Positions 28,790 to 38,823 of a DNA stretch of 64,000 nucleotides are shown one piece after another (position 1 is the stretch's first letter; each line of letters starts with the position of its first letter). A program made the translations under genes and the position numbers. Below the pieces are notes generated by a model, which saw only the letters and a list, made by a program, of their open reading frames with translations, was not told the origin of the DNA and searched no databases. The stretch is from Mariprofundaceae bacterium (GTDB lineage: Bacteria; Pseudomonadota; Zetaproteobacteria; Mariprofundales; Mariprofundaceae): assembly GCA_050301755.1 (NCBI GenBank), contig JBNKZS010000002.1, positions 8,534 through 72,533 on the forward strand, in the 5' to 3' direction.

Positions 28790-29647
28790 ATGGCGACCGG
28801 TATTCTGGTGATTCTCGATGATGTACTGACCATGACCAAGGTGGCAGCAAAGAATACAGCCGGGATTCTCGGTGATGACCTTGCTGTCAACGCCGAGAAG
28901 GCGACCGGCTTTATGGCTTCTCGGGAGCTGCCGGTGATCTGGGCGATCACCAAGGGCTCCTTTATCAACAAACTGATCATATTGCCATTTGCCTTTCTGC
29001 TCAGTGCTTTTGCGCCGTGGTTGATTGTTCCGGTTCTGCTGCTTGGTGGTACCTACCTCTGCTTCGAGGGTGCCGAGAAGGTGGCGGAGTGGATTTTCGA
29101 ACATGAGCATGAACACATTGCAGCTGAGGATAGCGATGACCCTGCAGAGATTCTCGCGCAGGAGGCAGGCAAGATCAAAGCTGCGATCCGTACCGATTTC
29201 ATCCTCTCCATCGAGATTGTTGTGATTGCACTGGGGAGTGTTGTTGAAGCCACCCTGATCAAGCAGATCATCGTGGTCAGCGCCATCGCCGTACTGGCAA
29301 CCATCGGGGTGTACGGGATCGTCGCGATGTTGGTGCGAATGGACGATGCCGGCATTCATTTGCTGGGTCGTGCCGGTGGCCGGACTGATTCGGCTGCGAA
29401 GATGATGGCGATAACCGGAAGGGTGCTGGTGGCCTCTCTGCCAAGACTTATTGCGCTACTCGGTGTTGTCGGAACGGTTGCCATGCTGCTGGTCGGTGGC
29501 GGCATCTATGTGCACAACCTTCCGTTCGTACACCATGCGCTCGACTTCATGCCATGGCTTCTGGCTGATTTTGTCGCCGGATTGATCGTCGGTGCGGTGA
29601 TTCTGGGGTTGCTTCAGCTGAAAGGCGCCTTTTTTCCCAAGGCTTGA
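28790..29647 (+). CDS. DUF808 (YedI-like) inner-membrane protein
   Basis: 285 aa starting MATGILVILDDV...TKVAAKNTAGILGDDLAVNAEKATGF, followed by several TM helices. Confidence 0.8.
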   Translation: MATGILVILDDVLTMTKVAAKNTAGILGDDLAVNAEKATGFMASRELPVIWAITKGSFINKLIILPFAFLLSAFAPWLIVPVLLLGGTYLCFEGAEKVAEWIFEHEHEHIAAEDSDDPAEILAQEAGKIKAAIRTDFILSIEIVVIALGSVVEATLIKQIIVVSAIAVLATIGVYGIVAMLVRMDDAGIHLLGRAGGRTDSAAKMMAITGRVLVASLPRLIALLGVVGTVAMLLVGGGIYVHNLPFVHHALDFMPWLLADFVAGLIVGAVILGLLQLKGAFFPKA

Positions 29648-29683
29648 TTACTCCCCCTCCATTGATTCAAAGGTGAGCGACAT

Positions 29684-31177
29684 TCAGCTGTATCGTGAGG
29701 CCTCGATGCGCCGGATGAACTCCTGCGTGATTTGAGTGTAAAGCTCGTTTTTCAATACTTTGTCTTCAACTCCATGGTCGATACTGGGATTATCGTTTAT
29801 CTCAATCACAAAAACGCCTTGATCCGTCTCTTTCAGGTCGACGCCGTAGAGGCTGCTGCCGATCAGGTCCGCCGCCTTGATGGCGGTCTCAACCACATGT
29901 GACGGAGCCTTTTCAACAGGCATGGTTTCAAAACCGCCGTAGGTGGCCGTGCCATCTCCCTTGTGATTGACGATCTGCCAGTGGCCGCGCGATGCTCGGT
30001 ACTGGCAGGCATAGAGTGGCCTCCCATTGAGAATGCCGATGCGCCAGTCGTAAGCCGTATACATGAACTCCTGTGCCAGAATCAGGCGGGAGTTACCGAA
30101 CAGGTTGGTGGCAGCCTCCCTTACCTGTTCTTTGTTACTGGCTTTGACCATGCCTCGCGAAAAGCAACCATCCGGAATCTTCAACACCATCGGATAGCCG
30201 ATCTGCTCCTCCAGCATGCTGATGGCGAGATCATCGAAGGTGGCCCGATTCAGCGGAATGGTCAGCGGTGTCGGCAGGTTATGGGTATTGAGTCGCTCCC
30301 ACATGTAAACCTTGTTGGTACAGCGAAGGATGGATTTGGAGTCATCTATCACCGGAATCCCTTCGGCCTCCGCCTTACGGGCAAAGCGGAAGGTGTGATT
30401 GTCCAGAGCCGTGGTTTCACGCAGAAAAAGAGCATCGAACTCCGAAATTCGGTGGTAATCCCTGGCCTGAATAAGCTCGACATCCATGCGTAGTGCCTTG
30501 CCAGCTTTGATGAAGCGGTGAATCGCCGCTTCATTGGAGGGAGGCATCTTTTCATGGGGATTAACCAGAATGGCGAGATCATACACGGCCGGCTTGCGAC
30601 TGCTCCGTTTGCGCTCCGAAAGCCGGGTGTAGTGTCGAATGCTTTGCTCAAAAAATGCTGCCAGTTCACCTTTAACCTTATCCAGTCCGAGCGGCCGGAT
30701 CGACTTGATCTCCCAGCTTTTTCCTTTTACCAGACGCATCCTGATCAGCGGGTAGCGGAAGAGATCAAACAGTTCAGAAGCCAGCTTGCTGAATCGATGA
30801 TCGTCAGCCTGTCCGAAAAAGATATGCAGAGTGAAAGCATCTTCCGGTGGTTCGCTTAGTCGCTGGATGGTTTTGTATAGCAACAGATTCAGTTCGGGTA
30901 AGGCAAAGGCATAGAGGCTACGCCGTGACAGGTCCAGAATATCGGCAACGGTTGGCATGGGCAGGTCATTGCGAGCTTCTGCCAGCAGGGAGCTGTAATA
31001 CCCTGCACTCAGATAGGAGTAGCGACGGCAGAGGTTGATGATACGCATCGGCCGCTTTTGCGGACGTGTCCAGCGCGTTAGATATTCGTCAGCTTCGAGG
31101 ATACGGAGCCCCTCAATATCCCATTTCCAGTCAGCTTCGCGGTCAACAACAACGGTGTGTCGAGGGTTAAGACTCAT
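29684..31177 (-). CDS. RimK-family ATP-grasp ligase with a ~200-aa N-terminal extension
   Basis: 497 aa. The C-terminal ~290 aa are ATP-grasp (VLKIPDGCFSRGM, DWRIGILNG, GVDLKETDQGVFVIEINDNP). The N-terminal region is unassigned. The start overlaps the upstream stop in an ATGA arrangement. Confidence 0.8.
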   Translation of the reverse strand: MSLNPRHTVVVDREADWKWDIEGLRILEADEYLTRWTRPQKRPMRIINLCRRYSYLSAGYYSSLLAEARNDLPMPTVADILDLSRRSLYAFALPELNLLLYKTIQRLSEPPEDAFTLHIFFGQADDHRFSKLASELFDLFRYPLIRMRLVKGKSWEIKSIRPLGLDKVKGELAAFFEQSIRHYTRLSERKRSSRKPAVYDLAILVNPHEKMPPSNEAAIHRFIKAGKALRMDVELIQARDYHRISEFDALFLRETTALDNHTFRFARKAEAEGIPVIDDSKSILRCTNKVYMWERLNTHNLPTPLTIPLNRATFDDLAISMLEEQIGYPMVLKIPDGCFSRGMVKASNKEQVREAATNLFGNSRLILAQEFMYTAYDWRIGILNGRPLYACQYRASRGHWQIVNHKGDGTATYGGFETMPVEKAPSHVVETAIKAADLIGSSLYGVDLKETDQGVFVIEINDNPSIDHGVEDKVLKNELYTQITQEFIRRIEASRYS

Positions 31178-32277
31178 GCCTTCTCTTCTCTTTTCTCAAT
31201 CAATATTGCCGCGTACTGGCGGCTTTTACCATAACGGGTCATGCGCTCAAATTCGGCACGTGGAATAGGGATGCCGATACAGGTGGTTTTGGTCTCTCCC
31301 TCTGCCGCATCGACATAGGGTTCGTTAAAATAGATAAAACGTTCATCGAATCCGCTTATGACGACCCAGTGCGGGGATTTGTCACCGGTTAGTCGGTAAG
31401 AGCTGATCAGGATGATGGGAATCGCCCCTTTTCGGAAATGTTTCTCCATTTCCTCAGAAGTTAGTGGTCGGTCACGCATGCGGATGTCGGATCGGCCGAT
31501 CTCACGGATAAAGTCTTTCTGCACGACACGGATCACCTCGCGTTTCTCCTCACTGCGTACCGATTCTACAAACATCTCAGGGTCTTTGCGTACGAAGAGC
31601 GATACTTTGTAACCGCGTTGATGAGCCGATAAGGCGAGGCCATAGGGACTGCAGCCGCCATGTCCGGAGGTCATGAAGATACTGGTTGCCTCACGCCAGA
31701 GCCTGAGTTCAAGGATTCGGTCGAGTTTCAGTTTCGGTGAAAGGGCTTTCATTGCCATCATCAGGCAGGCCGGGCCGCAGGTGAACTCTAGCGTTTGCGG
31801 GTAGAACGGAACCGGTGAATTTTTGGCAGTCAGGTGCGGGACCAGCTCTTTCTCAAAACGAATTGCATCACCATGGTCCTCATAATAATCGGCTACGGTC
31901 GCGAATTCGCGATAGTTGAAGGCACGGTAAAGTGCTTGAGCACTTACATTCTTGGTGTGTACTTCCAGCCGCATGGAGACCATGCCACGGGCCAGAGCGA
32001 TCTTCTCTGCCGCTGCAATCAGGGATTTTCCTGTTCCCTTTCCTTGATAGTTCGGATCTACGGCCAAGGAATAAAGGCGGGCAATGGATGTGTTTCGGTG
32101 GAAAAGCACCATGATATAACCGAAGAGAGTATTTTGACTCTCTTCGACGAGTGTTACCGCATGGCCACGGGTCAGCAGATAACGAAAATTCCGTTCAGAG
32201 AGCCGGTCAATATCGAAACAGCGGTTTTCGATTTCAGTAAGGGCCGGAATGTCAGCGGATACGGCTGTGCGGATCAT
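31174..32277 (-). CDS. GNAT N-acetyltransferase fused to a C39-like cysteine peptidase domain
   Basis: 367 aa. The RimI-like GNAT half has the acetyl-CoA motif YQGKGTGKSL. The C-terminal half has FTCGPACLMMAM (candidate catalytic Cys) and SPHWVVISG (candidate His). Confidence 0.8.
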   Translation of the reverse strand: MIRTAVSADIPALTEIENRCFDIDRLSERNFRYLLTRGHAVTLVEESQNTLFGYIMVLFHRNTSIARLYSLAVDPNYQGKGTGKSLIAAAEKIALARGMVSMRLEVHTKNVSAQALYRAFNYREFATVADYYEDHGDAIRFEKELVPHLTAKNSPVPFYPQTLEFTCGPACLMMAMKALSPKLKLDRILELRLWREATSIFMTSGHGGCSPYGLALSAHQRGYKVSLFVRKDPEMFVESVRSEEKREVIRVVQKDFIREIGRSDIRMRDRPLTSEEMEKHFRKGAIPIILISSYRLTGDKSPHWVVISGFDERFIYFNEPYVDAAEGETKTTCIGIPIPRAEFERMTRYGKSRQYAAILIEKREEKA

Positions 32278-32368
32278 CAGGGTTTGATGCGATGTATAAA
32301 GGGGTTAACCATGCGCAATTCTATATTCCGCACATGGTTAACTGTAAATCAAATTTTACAGGGGTGTG

Positions 32369-33568
32369 TTAAAGTACAATCTCCTCTGGGCGCGCATGGC
32401 TGAGGAACTCCTGATTAGACATGGTCAGACCGTAGGCTCCAGCCAGTCCGAAGATAGCTATATCGCCGATGTCCGCAGCTTCGACATAAATATCATTGGC
32501 CAGCTTGTCGGCACTGGTACACAAGGGGCCGCCGAAGTAAACCTGTTCCCTTGCTACGGACTCCTGCCCGTCAAACAGTCTGGCATCGTGCATGCGGACA
32601 ATGGCCAGCGGATGGTTAATGGAAAGGGCTGCGGGCCTGCGGAAATGGTTGATGCCTCCGGCACAGACGACCTGCTTCTTCCCGCGACTCTCTTTGATAT
32701 CGAGAATCTCAGTGCAGAAAAACCCAGAGTCGGCAGCCAGATAGCGGCCCAGTTCCAGTACAAAGTGGCGGCCTTCAAAACCGTACCTGGCAATCATGTC
32801 AGCCAGGCCATCGGCATAGGCCTGAGGGTCGAAGTCATGTCCTTCTTCGAGGTAATCGACGCCGAACCCGCCACCAAAATCGATAATGTCACAGCTGACA
32901 CCGGTATATCCTGCTTCGATCTTTTTCGTCAGGTCAAAGACCAGTTCGCAGTTTTTCAGCAGGTCTCCCACGTTCAGTACGCCGGATGCGGCATAGACAT
33001 GCAAACCACGGAAGTTGAGATGCTCCAGAGCCAGTATCTGAGGTAGAGCCTCATCCAGCTTCTCTTCATCAATTCCGAACTTCTTGCTACCGCCGGAGAA
33101 GGTGGTTTGCGCTTCGTGGATATCGAAGTTTGCATTGATGCGCAGCAGCACATCCATCTGCTTGCCCGCCTCTGCACAGATTGCATTGAGGCGATGGGCT
33201 TCGGCAAGTGATTCGATGTGCACAGTGCGTACACCGTTTTGAACACTCCAGCGCAGCTCTTCCGGCGACTTTCCCGGACCGGTATAGATCAATCGATTGG
33301 CGGAAAAGCCTGCAGCTACAGCACGCTCGGCTTCGCCAAGACTGGCAATTTCGATGCCGACAGCCCCTGCTTCAAGGGCCGCAGCCAGAAAGGCCGGGTG
33401 CGGATTGGCTTTCATGGCGTAAAAGACTTCCAACCCCGCCGGCATGATAGAGACAAGGTGACCGATCTTCTCGCGCATCGGAGCGGTGTCGTAGATATAG
33501 CAGTTGACTGTTTTGCCAATTTCGGCCCGGCGACGGATTTCGGCTTCGATATGTGTTGGAATATTCAT
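32369..33568 (-). CDS. Type III PLP-dependent decarboxylase (Orn/DAP/Arg decarboxylase family; LysA-like)
   Basis: 399 aa with the PLP-lysine motif FYAMKANP, GGGFGV, and the C-terminal GPLCTSADKL motif. It lies 2 nt downstream of dapC. Confidence 0.75.
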   Translation of the reverse strand: MNIPTHIEAEIRRRAEIGKTVNCYIYDTAPMREKIGHLVSIMPAGLEVFYAMKANPHPAFLAAALEAGAVGIEIASLGEAERAVAAGFSANRLIYTGPGKSPEELRWSVQNGVRTVHIESLAEAHRLNAICAEAGKQMDVLLRINANFDIHEAQTTFSGGSKKFGIDEEKLDEALPQILALEHLNFRGLHVYAASGVLNVGDLLKNCELVFDLTKKIEAGYTGVSCDIIDFGGGFGVDYLEEGHDFDPQAYADGLADMIARYGFEGRHFVLELGRYLAADSGFFCTEILDIKESRGKKQVVCAGGINHFRRPAALSINHPLAIVRMHDARLFDGQESVAREQVYFGGPLCTSADKLANDIYVEAADIGDIAIFGLAGAYGLTMSNQEFLSHARPEEIVL

Positions 33569-33570
33569 GG

Positions 33571-34773
33571 TTAAACTCTGACGGCTTTGAGTCTTTTGGC
33601 CAGTTCTGCAGCTTTTTCCGGACCATCCACGAGAGCAGCCCGCACGTAACCTGTACCCGGATTGATGCCATCGGCGTCATTTGCGCCCAGATAGGAGCCG
33701 GGAAGCACGGTTACATGCTGTTGCTCCCATGCAGCCAGCGCGAACGTCTCTTCGCTTCCTTTGGCCTCGCCCACCTTCAGCCATACGAAGAAGGAGCCTT
33801 CCGGGATATCACCACCATAGACGTCGAAAAATGCCTTCAGGCTATCGCGATAAACTGCCAGATGGCGTTGGACGTGGACTTCATCCGACCAGGCAGCAGC
33901 AGCAACAGCCTGCAGTGGTAATGGTGTGGCAGGGCCGGTATAGCTACGTAGTTTGGAGAAGCGTTTCAGCAACTTCGCATCACCCGCAATCAGTCCGGAG
34001 CGCATGCCCGGAAGGGCCGAGCGTTTGGAAAGAGAGTTCATGACGATACAGCGGGCATAGTCATTGCGACCAAGCCTCTGTGCCACCTCAAGGAGTCCGA
34101 GAGGTTTTTTCTGCCAGTAGATCTCCGAGTAGCACTCGTCGGAAACAATGGAAAAATCGTAGCGATCAGCCAATTCAAGCAGCTTGCGATAATATGCCTC
34201 ATCAGCAATCCACCCAGTTGGATTCGATGGTGAGCAGACATAAACCAGGGCCGTTTTCTGCCATACATGCTCAGGCACAACGTCCAAATCAGGGGCAAAG
34301 CCGCTTGCTTCCGTACAGGGCAGGAAGAAGGGTCGAGCCCCCGCAGTATAGGCCGCTCCCAGATAGATCTGGTACATTGGGTTGGGCATCAGTACATAAG
34401 GTTTTGGTTCTGCCTCGGGATTGATCAGCGCATGGGCGATGGCGAAGAGCGATTCGCGAGTGCCATTGGCCGAAAGTACCTGTGTAGCAGGATCGACTTG
34501 TTCCAGTCCGTAGCGTCGTTTAAGCCAGGCCGCGATTGCACTCTTCAGTTCAGGTCCGCCAACTGTTGACGGGTACTTGGAGAAGCCGGATATATTGTTG
34601 TTCAGTGTGTCTGCCACAAAATCGGGAAGTGGCAGGCGCGGTTCACCGGCACCGGCATCAATATGGTTAAGGTCACGGTTGGCAGTGCGGTCTTCAAACA
34701 GCTTTTTCAGTCGTTCAAACGGATAGGCACCCAGCATATCAAGCCGGGGCTGCAAAAGTTTGTCAGCGCTCAT
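33571..34773 (-). CDS. dapC: Succinyldiaminopimelate aminotransferase (beta/gamma-proteobacterial DapC type)
   Basis: 400 aa with the N-terminus LDMLGAYPFERLKKLF and the PLP-lysine motif SLSKRSALPGMRSG. Confidence 0.8.
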   Translation of the reverse strand: MSADKLLQPRLDMLGAYPFERLKKLFEDRTANRDLNHIDAGAGEPRLPLPDFVADTLNNNISGFSKYPSTVGGPELKSAIAAWLKRRYGLEQVDPATQVLSANGTRESLFAIAHALINPEAEPKPYVLMPNPMYQIYLGAAYTAGARPFFLPCTEASGFAPDLDVVPEHVWQKTALVYVCSPSNPTGWIADEAYYRKLLELADRYDFSIVSDECYSEIYWQKKPLGLLEVAQRLGRNDYARCIVMNSLSKRSALPGMRSGLIAGDAKLLKRFSKLRSYTGPATPLPLQAVAAAAWSDEVHVQRHLAVYRDSLKAFFDVYGGDIPEGSFFVWLKVGEAKGSEETFALAAWEQQHVTVLPGSYLGANDADGINPGTGYVRAALVDGPEKAAELAKRLKAVRV

Positions 34774-34777
34774 CTGT

Positions 34778-35197
34778 TTACTCGAATTCTAGTTGTGAAC
34801 GGGCACGGATCGTTTCGCTCCATTCGCCAAAACGTCCGAGGACATCAATAGCACGAATCCGGAAAGCGTATTCAAGCTCTCCCCCTCTCAGGTTAATGAA
34901 CTTGGTCAGGACCGGCTTGTCAAAGTTTTTGGCCTTTGGTGAAGACTCGGCGTATCGACGCCAGAAGCCCGGGCAGTCGCAGTGCGGATCAATTTCGGCC
35001 CGGTCAATCTGGATGCCGATGCCGTAACTACCACCCGCCAGTTTCAGGTCAACTTGGAGAGTGTTACCAGAGATAGAGTGGCTGATTTCAGTAATGGATG
35101 GAGGCGCATCATTCACAATCGGTTGCGGAGGCTCTTTGCGACCACAGCCGGAAAAGAGAAGTGCTGAAACAGCAAGAATAAGAAGAACTTTGCGCAT
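34778..35197 (-). CDS. Lipoprotein with an LptM-like N-terminus and an FN3-like C-terminal domain
   Basis: 139 aa with lipobox LLFSG-C followed by GRKEPPQP. The C-terminus, YAFRIRAIDVLGRFGEWSETIR, resembles an FN3 fold. Confidence 0.65.
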   Translation of the reverse strand: MRKVLLILAVSALLFSGCGRKEPPQPIVNDAPPSITEISHSISGNTLQVDLKLAGGSYGIGIQIDRAEIDPHCDCPGFWRRYAESSPKAKNFDKPVLTKFINLRGGELEYAFRIRAIDVLGRFGEWSETIRARSQLEFE

Positions 35198-35200
35198 GAT

Positions 35201-36595
35201 TTATGACTCCGACTTTATAGCTTCAAATAGTGCTTTCCAGGCAGCGCACTGTTGCCGTACCTGCTCAGGGGCGGTGCCGCCGATATGGTTGCGAGCAGCA
35301 ACACAGGACTCAACAGAGAGCTGTTGAACCATCTCGGCAGTCAGCCGCGAATCGATGGACTGGCATGTTGCATGATCCATCTCATGCAGTTCACAGCCGG
35401 CCTTGATGCAGTGGCCAACAGACTTGCCGACAATCTCATGGGCTTCACGGAAGGGAACGCCGGCACGTACTAGCGCATCGGCAAGATCCGTGGCTGTCGA
35501 AAAGCCGGAGGCGGCCGCTTTCAGCATGGCTGCTTTGTTGACCTTGATGCCCGGTAACATGTCACCGAAGACACGCAGGCTTCCTTCCAGATTGTCGAAG
35601 GCATCGAAAACCGCGCCCTTGTCTTCCTGCATGTCCTTGTTATAGGCCAGCGGCAGGCTTTTGACGGTGGTCAGCATGGCAACAAGCCCGCCAATGATGC
35701 GGCCGGTCTTGCCGCGAACCAGCTCCGGCATGTCAGGGTTCTTTTTCTGCGGCATAATGGATGAACCGGTACAGAAGGCATCCGGAAGGTCGACAAAGCT
35801 GAACTGTGAACTCATCCAGAGGATCAGCTCTTCGGAAAAGCGTGAGAGATGAACGGCGCAGATCGAACATGCTGCCAGCAACTCCATAATAAAATCACGG
35901 TCGGACACGGCATCCAGCGAGTTGGTGCAGGGGCCGTTGAAACCGAGCATTTCGGCTGTCTGGAAGCGGTTGATGTCGAAGGTGGTGCCGGCCAGGGCAG
36001 CCGAGCCGAGAGGTGACTGGTTCATCCGTTCACGGGCATCGAAGAAGCGGTCCATGTCGCGCTCGAACATCTCAACATAGGCAAGTAGATGGTGGCCGAA
36101 GGTGACCGGCTGGGCTGTCTGCAGATGGGTAAAACCGGGCATGATCGTATCGGCATGGGTTTCGGCCAGATTGACCAAAACGGCCTGCAGGGTGTGAATG
36201 CGGGCAATGACATCATCCGTTCTTCTGCGCAGATAGAGGCGGGTATCGGTTGCCACCTGGTCATTTCTCGAACGGGCGGTATGCAGTTTTTTGCCGGCAT
36301 CGCCGATGCGATCGGTCAGGCGCTTTTCAATGTTCATGTGCACATCTTCAAGTTCAATGGTGAACTCGAATTCGCCGCGTTCGATCTCCGCTTCGATCTC
36401 CTGCAGTCCGCTAATGATGGATGAGAGCTCTTCGTCGGTCAGAATGCCTTGTGCATTGAGCATGGTGGCATGGGCCCGGGAACCGGCAATATCTACGGCA
36501 TACATGCGGGCATCGACATCAATGGATGCATTGAAAGCTTCTACAAAGCTGTCGGTCGGGGCATCAAATCGCCCACCCCAGGGTTTATCAGACAT
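35201..36595 (-). CDS. argH: Argininosuccinate lyase
   Basis: 464 aa with the fumarate-lyase signature [12 protein letters not shown]. Confidence 0.96.
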   Translation of the reverse strand: MSDKPWGGRFDAPTDSFVEAFNASIDVDARMYAVDIAGSRAHATMLNAQGILTDEELSSIISGLQEIEAEIERGEFEFTIELEDVHMNIEKRLTDRIGDAGKKLHTARSRNDQVATDTRLYLRRRTDDVIARIHTLQAVLVNLAETHADTIMPGFTHLQTAQPVTFGHHLLAYVEMFERDMDRFFDARERMNQSPLGSAALAGTTFDINRFQTAEMLGFNGPCTNSLDAVSDRDFIMELLAACSICAVHLSRFSEELILWMSSQFSFVDLPDAFCTGSSIMPQKKNPDMPELVRGKTGRIIGGLVAMLTTVKSLPLAYNKDMQEDKGAVFDAFDNLEGSLRVFGDMLPGIKVNKAAMLKAAASGFSTATDLADALVRAGVPFREAHEIVGKSVGHCIKAGCELHEMDHATCQSIDSRLTAEMVQQLSVESCVAARNHIGGTAPEQVRQQCAAWKALFEAIKSES

Positions 36596-36799
36596 GTCAG
36601 GACTCCAGATTCAGCCGTGCCTTTGCTGGCAACGAGGGCAACTATAACGGCAAGGAGTAGGTTCGGAAATGAGCATGATAAAAGAGAGATTGAATTGAGG
36701 GGATGAACTTTGCAGAGAAATCCTATATTCTGCGCCGCCCTTTGCGTATATCGGGTGGTTTTAGAGCCAGAAAAATGCGCCACTTTCCAGTTTATTTGA

Positions 36800-37828
<1,029 letters not shown>

Positions 37829-37907
37829 TTGGTTGGAAGCGGCCGCGGGCACATGCCCTTGGCGAATGGTGAAACCGCATGCTCCTGTGCGGAATAAAAG
37901 CTTAAAA

Positions 37908-37933
37908 GGGCGGCCTTCGGGTCGCCCTTTTTT
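37908..37933 (+). terminator. Rho-independent terminator of ilvC
   Basis: GGGCGGCC-TTCG-GGTCGCCC stem followed by TTTTTT. Confidence 0.6.
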
Positions 37934-38023
37934 ATTGGCGTAAAAATAACCCTAATATTGTTATTGACAAACTGCCGCCAGTCATAACAATTACTCATTA
38001 TATTATCATATAAGGAGACTCTA

Positions 38024-38380
38024 ATGAAAAAGGCTTTGATGATCGCAGCGGCAGCTGCATTCGTAGTTGGCGGATTCACCTCTACCGCGATGGCTGGACC
38101 GGAAGGCAAGTGTAAAGGGTGCCACACCTTTGAGCAGGGTGGCAAAAACAAGACCGGCCCGAACCTTTTCGGCATCATGGGCAAACAGATGGGCTCTGTG
38201 GATGGTTTCAGCTATGGCAGCTATCTGGCCGGCAAGCCGGGAACCTGGGATGAAGCATCCATGCGTGCCTGGCTCAAAGACTCCAAGGCAGTCGCAGGTG
38301 GCGATACCAAGATGCCTAACCAGAAGCTCGACGGTGCTAAAGCGGATAAGGTGATCGCATTCCTGAATGGGCTGAAGTAA
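38024..38380 (+). CDS. Monohaem class I cytochrome c (copy A)
   Basis: 118 aa with a signal peptide, the haem motif CKGCH, and TKMPNQ as the presumed axial Met. AAGGAGA Shine-Dalgarno sequence upstream. Confidence 0.9.
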   Translation: MKKALMIAAAAAFVVGGFTSTAMAGPEGKCKGCHTFEQGGKNKTGPNLFGIMGKQMGSVDGFSYGSYLAGKPGTWDEASMRAWLKDSKAVAGGDTKMPNQKLDGAKADKVIAFLNGLK

Positions 38381-38401
38381 TCAATATCAACTTTAGTATT
38401 C

Positions 38402-38432
38402 AAAAAAGGCGGCCAATAGGTCGCCTTTTTTT
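38402..38432. terminator. Bidirectional-looking terminator between cytochrome c copy A and the convergent dioxygenase-like gene
   Basis: AAAAAA-GGCGGCC-AATA-GGTCGCC-TTTTTTT. Confidence 0.6.
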
Positions 38433-38484
38433 GTTTGAGGTTGATGGTGGCTGTAACGCTTGTCGGTCAAGCTCTTCCAATCAC

Positions 38485-38823
38485 TCAGCTCTTTTCTCCA
38501 AAGATAGCGAGATCTAGCGACTCCATCTTTCCCATCCAAAGAGTGTATTCCGTGTGATCTTTCAGGTCATTGCCGGTGTTGGCATGGATAAGGATGGTGA
38601 GCCCCTGTCGATTTAGCGACAGCCAGGGAACCACTTCGCCGAACAGTTCGGTCGGGAGTGTTAGCTGGCAACTCCAGCAAGGGTGCGGGCCGACAGCCTG
38701 TTTATGCTTGTGACCAACCGGCAGGTTAAACCTCCGACCCGCCTCATCACAAAGCTTTGATGCCTGTTCAAAACAGGATGCATCGTAGTAGACATGCACA
38801 TGGAAACTCTGGATGGCGGTCAT
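38485..38823 (-). CDS. DOPA 4,5-dioxygenase-family small protein
   Basis: 112 aa with the N-terminal FHVHVYYD pattern typical of this family. The call is from memory. It overlaps the upstream gene by 4 nt. Confidence 0.65.
   Translation of the reverse strand: MTAIQSFHVHVYYDASCFEQASKLCDEAGRRFNLPVGHKHKQAVGPHPCWSCQLTLPTELFGEVVPWLSLNRQGLTILIHANTGNDLKDHTEYTLWMGKMESLDLAIFGEKS

Noticed and set aside
28595-29359. A 254-aa ORF antisense to the DUF808 gene.
   Set aside because: It lies entirely inside a well-supported CDS on the other strand and has low-complexity, Arg/His/Gln-rich composition with no recognisable motifs. This is typical of a shadow ORF in G+C-rich DNA.
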